DNA of 64,000 nt, taken from positions 38,844-102,843 of the forward strand of contig CANQPL010000006.1 in NCBI GenBank assembly GCA_947625735.1, written 5' to 3'. Source of the DNA: an uncultured Clostridia bacterium. GTDB taxonomy: Bacteria; Bacillota; Clostridia; Oscillospirales; Ruminococcaceae. Below are positions 59,158 through 64,000 of this stretch, one piece after another; the stretch's first letter is position 1; each line of letters begins with the position of its first letter. The notes under the pieces were generated by a model that saw nothing but the letters and a program-made list of their open reading frames with translations, made no database searches and had not been told where the DNA came from. A program made the translations under genes and the position numbers.

Positions 59158-61365
59158 ATGATCAGAAAAAAACTGGCTTTTCTTACCTCCATGGTAATGG
59201 CACTGGGAATGGTGTCTGCATTTCCGTTGGCTTTGGGGGCGGAAAGCAAGACGGAAAATACACAGACCGAAAGCAAGGAGGATCAGACACTGAAAGCTGC
59301 TCTGATTCACGTAAAATCCCGCATAGATATTCCGGAAAACATGACGGAATTTGACTATCAATTCTCCGAAAGCTATGGGATCCCATGTTATACCTTCTAT
59401 TGGAACACACCTCGTGAGGATTCCTACGAAAAAGAGGAAAATTACGAAGAATGTTCGTTAAACCTCATCGGGAATGTGATCACTTCCTATTCCATGAAGA
59501 AAAGCGGGCATGAAAGCGGGAATATGCGGTTTTCTCCCCTGTCGGAAGAAAACTTTCAGAAAAACGCAGAGGATTTTATAGCTCGTGTCAATCCGGAAAC
59601 AGCGGGAAAAATTGTGCTGAAAGAGGAACCGTCCCTGTCTATTTACAGCGATGATGTGACATTATCCTTTGTCCGTGCCGAGCAGGGAATGAATTTCAAT
59701 CAGAACAGGGCTTCTGTTACCATGAACAAAATGACAGGTGAAGTCATCGAATACCACTGCAATTGGTGGGAAAATGCCCTGTTCCCTGATGTGACAAAGG
59801 TCATCGGCGAAGAAAAAATGCAGGATATCTACCGGGACGAAATAAAGCTTTCTCTGGTCTATCGGGTCTCCTATGACACGGAAAAGGAAAAATATATTGC
59901 CCGCCCCGTTTACTCTCCCAAAAATGATTACGAATATGATGCCCTCACCGGAAAGCATACCTCCATGTATGAGGACGAAGAAAAATATGAGAATACCGAT
60001 CTGTATGATGATACCGATTTTGAATACGATGAAACCGATGAAGTATCGTCAGGCGAGGGTTACGGATGGGAGGACGATATGCTGCCGCCCGAGCTTACCG
60101 AAGCAGAGCTTGCCGCCATCATCAATCGGGAAGGGCTGCTGACCGATGAGCAATTCCGTGAAATACTCAAAAACGATCCATACATTCGTGTCACCGACAA
60201 TTATATGACGGAAGAATTTACTCTCACGGAGGACAATTCATTGGAATGTGGTTATCGGATAGATGTAAGATATGTCGTCCGCACCGATGACGAACGCCGA
60301 AGCTATTCTATCTCCGCAGATGCGCGAACCGGAAAGATCATCAGTTTCTCCGGCAGTCAGCCGAACAGCGGCAAGCTCCTTGACGTGACCGCCGCCAATG
60401 CCCTGGCGGACGAAGCGGCGGAATACTACTTCGGGGATAAGGTAACGCAGTATTTCAAGCCCAATGAGGCAAACTTTGAACGGGCACATCAGACTGCAGA
60501 TAAGCATGGCGATATTACCTACACCGAAACAGAACGTGACCTTTCCTACGACCGCTTCCACAATGATATCTATGTGGACAGGGATTATGTGGCTGTTCGG
60601 GTAAATTCAGACGGAAAGGTGCTGGGTGCCTCCTGTTCCTTTACGGAAGATATGGAATTTGAGGGTGAGAAGTGTATCAACACGGAAGAGGCTTTTGATA
60701 GGCTCTTTGCCCGAAAAAAATTCGATCTGTATTTTGACGGATTTACCGATCTGAAGATCCGTCCTCATTTGTATCTTATCTATCATATGGACAGATGGTC
60801 ATTGAATGCAGCTTCCGGAAAGCTCTGTGACTATCGGGGAAGACCGCTTTCCGATGAGAAGGAGACTTCGCAGATCCCCGAAAGATGTCCCTATACAGAT
60901 ATCGGCAATTCTCCCTATAAGGACGAGATTGCAAAGCTCTACAACTATGGCGTGCGGATCTCCGCCGATAAAAACTTTATGCCCCAAAAGTATATCACTA
61001 TGGAAGAAATGGAACACCTTTTGTTTGCAATGGGTTTTGATGTTTACGTTGAAAAGGAAGAGAGGGAAAAGACTGCCACCAATCTGCGGCTGGCAAAACT
61101 TATTTCTGACAAATTTCCCTACCTGAAAAACTACAATGAGATATTCCGTTCTCCCTACACGGACATTCCGGACGATCATGATGATATCGCAAGCATTGCC
61201 ATTGCCTATACCGCAGGACTGATACAGCCTGATGCCAATGGAAAATTTAACCCCAATCTGCCAATCACCCGTGAGGAAGCCCTGCATATGACCTACCGCT
61301 ACATTATCCGTACCTACGAAGAGGGGAGAGAAAAGGAAAATTACAACACCGGGGATTATTATTGA
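59158..61365 (+). CDS. Secreted YcdB/YcdC-like protein with C-terminal SLH domains
   Basis: Signal peptide; repeated 'V.MNKMTGEVI' and 'ADARTGKII' PepSY-like units; two SLH-like repeats (PYTDI...F.P...IT.EE). Confidence 0.7.
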   Translation: MIRKKLAFLTSMVMALGMVSAFPLALGAESKTENTQTESKEDQTLKAALIHVKSRIDIPENMTEFDYQFSESYGIPCYTFYWNTPREDSYEKEENYEECSLNLIGNVITSYSMKKSGHESGNMRFSPLSEENFQKNAEDFIARVNPETAGKIVLKEEPSLSIYSDDVTLSFVRAEQGMNFNQNRASVTMNKMTGEVIEYHCNWWENALFPDVTKVIGEEKMQDIYRDEIKLSLVYRVSYDTEKEKYIARPVYSPKNDYEYDALTGKHTSMYEDEEKYENTDLYDDTDFEYDETDEVSSGEGYGWEDDMLPPELTEAELAAIINREGLLTDEQFREILKNDPYIRVTDNYMTEEFTLTEDNSLECGYRIDVRYVVRTDDERRSYSISADARTGKIISFSGSQPNSGKLLDVTAANALADEAAEYYFGDKVTQYFKPNEANFERAHQTADKHGDITYTETERDLSYDRFHNDIYVDRDYVAVRVNSDGKVLGASCSFTEDMEFEGEKCINTEEAFDRLFARKKFDLYFDGFTDLKIRPHLYLIYHMDRWSLNAASGKLCDYRGRPLSDEKETSQIPERCPYTDIGNSPYKDEIAKLYNYGVRISADKNFMPQKYITMEEMEHLLFAMGFDVYVEKEEREKTATNLRLAKLISDKFPYLKNYNEIFRSPYTDIPDDHDDIASIAIAYTAGLIQPDANGKFNPNLPITREEALHMTYRYIIRTYEEGREKENYNTGDYY

Positions 61366-61442
61366 TCGGATCATATCAAGTAATTTGAATCAGTGTATAA
61401 TATTCTTATGATAGGTTTTCCATGATACTTTAATTATACCGC

Positions 61443-61488
61443 AAAAAGACTGCTGTCCTGCTTTTTTTGGCAGGATTGCAGTCTTTTT
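61443..61488. terminator. Bidirectional terminator
   Basis: AAAAAGACTGC..TCCTGC / GCAGGA..GCAGTCTTTTT. Confidence 0.7.
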
Positions 61489-61523
61489 TATTGAGGTATT
61501 TTTTTACAACGTCATCGTTTAAT

Positions 61524-62240
61524 TTATTGTTTTAGGATCACATTTCCGCCGCATTCCACATCTCCGTCAATATGCCCGCAGTATACATCATGGTCAGCCC
61601 TGACATCGCCGTGAACATCTGAGCAGTGTACATCGCCCTGTGCATCAACACACTGTCCCACTTTTCCGCAGTTCACGCCGCCCTGTGCATCAACACACTG
61701 TCCTACATTTCCGCAGTTTACGCCGCCCGCAGCATCAACACACTGTCCTACATTTCCGCAGTTTACGCCGCCGCCCGCCGCATTAACACACTGTCCTACG
61801 TTTCCGCAGTTTACGCAGCCTTGTGCGCTAACGCTGCCGTTTATGTCACCATCTACGGAGCAGTTTCCGATTATTTCCACAGTAAGCAGCGGCTGTTCGG
61901 ATATATCGGGCAAAAAGAGCTTTATCGGGGTATCGTACGACAATTCACGAAGATCAAGTATGTTGTTTCCCATTGCCTGCACGACCCGCATTATTCCGTC
62001 ATCGGGAAAGGGGAGTGCGTTTTCCCCCGGAACCATTTCCTTTCCCGTCAGCAGTCTGTCAATGGAAACACCGAAAAAGTCTGCCAGCATGGGAAGTCCG
62101 CCGATATCGGGGCATGAAAGACCGTTTTCCCATTTGCTCACCGCCTGAACGGTCACGCCCATATGCTCAGCAAGTATTTCCTGAGATATTCCCATTTGCA
62201 GCCTTAGCTCTTTTATCATTTCCGAAATTTTAATGCTCAT
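61524..62240 (-). CDS. XRE-family HTH protein with C-terminal Cys/Gly-rich repeats
   Basis: ISQEILAEHMGVTVQAVSKWENG.SCPD HTH; C-terminal (VNCGNVGQCVDAxGG) repeats; start at ATG 62240 after AAGGAGG. Confidence 0.85.
   Translation of the reverse strand: MSIKISEMIKELRLQMGISQEILAEHMGVTVQAVSKWENGLSCPDIGGLPMLADFFGVSIDRLLTGKEMVPGENALPFPDDGIMRVVQAMGNNILDLRELSYDTPIKLFLPDISEQPLLTVEIIGNCSVDGDINGSVSAQGCVNCGNVGQCVNAAGGGVNCGNVGQCVDAAGGVNCGNVGQCVDAQGGVNCGKVGQCVDAQGDVHCSDVHGDVRADHDVYCGHIDGDVECGGNVILKQ
61636..61820 (-). repeat. Four tandem 45-48 bp coding repeats
   Basis: GCAT(C/T)AACACACTGTCC recurs at 61642, 61687, 61732, 61780. Confidence 0.9.
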
Positions 62241-62332
62241 AGCATCTGCCTCCTTTATGATATTATTATAAACTGTGTCAGATGTCATGAACAGCTACTG
62301 TTGGTTAAATTAATATAAACCTATGGTTGATA

Positions 62333-63232
62333 TTATGAGGCAGCCTTTTCTTTTTTTTCGGTTTTCAGCTTCATAAACTGCAATCCGCCGATAAGCGCTC
62401 CGCCGATTATAAAGAAGAAAATATTGAATGTGGACAGGCTCATTGGGGGCTGCGGATCTTCAAAGGTGGTAGGACCCATTACAATTGCATAGAGAGAGCC
62501 TAACATCATGCCGATAATAAGATAGAGCATTGCCGAACGGTTTTTTGCCAGCGCCCTTTGAACTATCTTGATAATTGAAATTATTCCCGTTATAACGCCG
62601 AGTCCGAATGCTATGAGAAGGGGGAGAGCATGAAAATCAAGATGTAAAAGATCTTTTATCCCCGTTATAACAGGCAGATACAGTCCCATAATAAGCAGCA
62701 GCGTAGACCCCGATATCCCCGGAAGGATCATGGCGCATATAGCGATTGCACCTGCCAGAAATGCATATAAATAAGTAAAAAGGGTAGGGTTTGAAACATC
62801 TACGGCCGCACCGTTTCCGCCTACGGGATTAAAATAAGTGATAGCTGCTACAGCTATTATACCTATAAGGATAAAAACTGCCATTGCGGGCTTGTCCCTG
62901 AAGGTTTGTTTCTCTTCGTTTATCACTACGGGGATCGCAAAGAGAATGAATCCCAGAAACAGCGAGGATACAGCATAGATATGAGTTTCGAACATTTTTG
63001 ACAATATTATCACGGCAAGTCCCATACCAACCACCCAGCCGCAGCCCAGCTTGATAAGATAAGCAAGGGATTTTTTTCTCTCCTCCCATGTGCCTGTTAT
63101 AAGATCCCCAAGGGAGTTGATGAATTTATCGTAAAATCCCAGCAAAAATGCAACCGTTCCTCCCGAAACTCCGGGTACGCTGTCTGCAAGTGCCATGCAG
63201 AAGCCGTGAAATAAATTTGTTATTATCTGCAT
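62333..63232 (-). CDS. DUF368 membrane protein (putative undecaprenyl-phosphate translocase family)
   Basis: GFCMALADSVPGVSGGTVA, AMILPGISGS, GMMLGS. Confidence 0.85.
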   Translation of the reverse strand: MQIITNLFHGFCMALADSVPGVSGGTVAFLLGFYDKFINSLGDLITGTWEERKKSLAYLIKLGCGWVVGMGLAVIILSKMFETHIYAVSSLFLGFILFAIPVVINEEKQTFRDKPAMAVFILIGIIAVAAITYFNPVGGNGAAVDVSNPTLFTYLYAFLAGAIAICAMILPGISGSTLLLIMGLYLPVITGIKDLLHLDFHALPLLIAFGLGVITGIISIIKIVQRALAKNRSAMLYLIIGMMLGSLYAIVMGPTTFEDPQPPMSLSTFNIFFFIIGGALIGGLQFMKLKTEKKEKAAS

Positions 63233-63411
63233 AAATTTTCTCCTCTGCTATATTTTAATACATACAGTTAAGTATAACATATTTTTTCCCGGTTTTCAAG
63301 AATTTCTTTAAAATTTTTATTGTTTTTTTGCGTAAATTCCTTGAAATGTAAGAAAATATATGTTATAATGAAAATATAGCCGATAATTTTTTCATCGGGA
63401 GGCGAACTCAT

Positions 63412-63795
63412 ATGGGCGGCTATATCACTACATACATGAAAGCCGTGGAAGCGGCGCTTGAAAATGAGGATACCGATTTCGAGACTTTGAAAAGAGAGCA
63501 TCTTGTACAGATCGAATTTATTCAGCATGAAAGACTTGTACATCTTATGGTGACGATCATGTGCTGTTTGCTGCTGTTTATCGGTCTCGGAGTGTTTTTT
63601 ATTTCGGGAATGACTGCTTTTATGGCGGTAAACGGATTGATGCTGATATTGGTATTCAGCTATCTTTTGTATTATTTTTTCATTGAGAACAGTACTCAGG
63701 AGCTTTATAAGCAGTATAACCGTATCTGCGCAAAGCTCGAGCCTGACAACAGGACGATTTCCGATCTTCTGACCGCAAAGAAGCTGACAAAATAA
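63412..63795 (+). CDS. Hypothetical membrane protein
   Basis: QHERLVHLMVT followed by two TM helices; RBS GGAGG; promoter TTGAAA-17-TATAAT upstream. Confidence 0.7.
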   Translation: MGGYITTYMKAVEAALENEDTDFETLKREHLVQIEFIQHERLVHLMVTIMCCLLLFIGLGVFFISGMTAFMAVNGLMLILVFSYLLYYFFIENSTQELYKQYNRICAKLEPDNRTISDLLTAKKLTK

Positions 63796-63823
63796 AGTCA
63801 ATAATTCAGAATGGAGAATTGCC

Positions 63824-64000
63824 GTGAAAATTACACCGGAGATCATTCGCAAGATAATTGAAAAGAAAGACATTATCGTTGAATTTCAGCCTATCTATTC
63901 ACTTAATACCAAAAAATATATCGGACTTGAAGCCCTTTCAAGAGGATTATACAACGGTGAGATAGTCACGCCCTTTTTACTTTTCGATCAGGCAAAAAAG
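63824..64000 (+). CDS. EAL-domain protein, 5' part (runs off window)
   Basis: GTG start after GGAG; MKITPEIIRKIIEKKDIIVEFQPIYSLNTKKYIGLEALSRG... Confidence 0.8.
   Translation, partial: MKITPEIIRKIIEKKDIIVEFQPIYSLNTKKYIGLEALSRGLYNGEIVTPFLLFDQAKK

Noticed and set aside
61636-61820. CRISPR-like periodic repeats
   Set aside because: Repeats are contiguous, in-frame coding units with no unique spacers.

Overview
Mostly core-genome DNA of a spore-forming Clostridia-type Firmicute (Oscillospiraceae/Ruminococcaceae-like gene content, inferred). Housekeeping blocks: csoR-copA; a MarR-controlled heterodimeric ABC exporter; fprA plus a TPR-DUF4037-DUF4125 fusion; RND/TetR; an Lrp-aminotransferase-lipoprotein-ispE-feoAB-ppk1 run; spoIIGA-sigE; radA; manA-glk-ilvD; ruvCAB-glmM-MTase-ecfAAT-truA-DUF5711-cvpA-clp; smpB-ssrA (tmRNA); clpB; panT-like S component-coaX. 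The standout accessory locus is 1.3-4.0 kb. It is a minus-strand four-gene operon: DUF4417, a stand-alone YwqJ-like Zn deaminase toxin domain with no delivery domain, and two paralogous putative immunity genes. Upstream is an overlapping ~70-nt antisense sRNA with its own sigmaA promoter and terminator. The sRNA is complementary to a second site in the mRNA leader, inside a mutually exclusive anti-SD/anti-anti-SD hairpin switch, which suggests an RNA-gated toxin system. Other oddities: a perfect CIRCE with promoter that faces the back of tmRNA instead of a chaperone gene, an internally deleted MATE pseudogene, an XRE regulator with Cys-rich 15-aa repeats, an AT-rich HTH plus WG-repeat islet preceded by a T19 run, and several unannotated sORFs and motifs. 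Family assignments are from recognised motifs only; no database searches were run.
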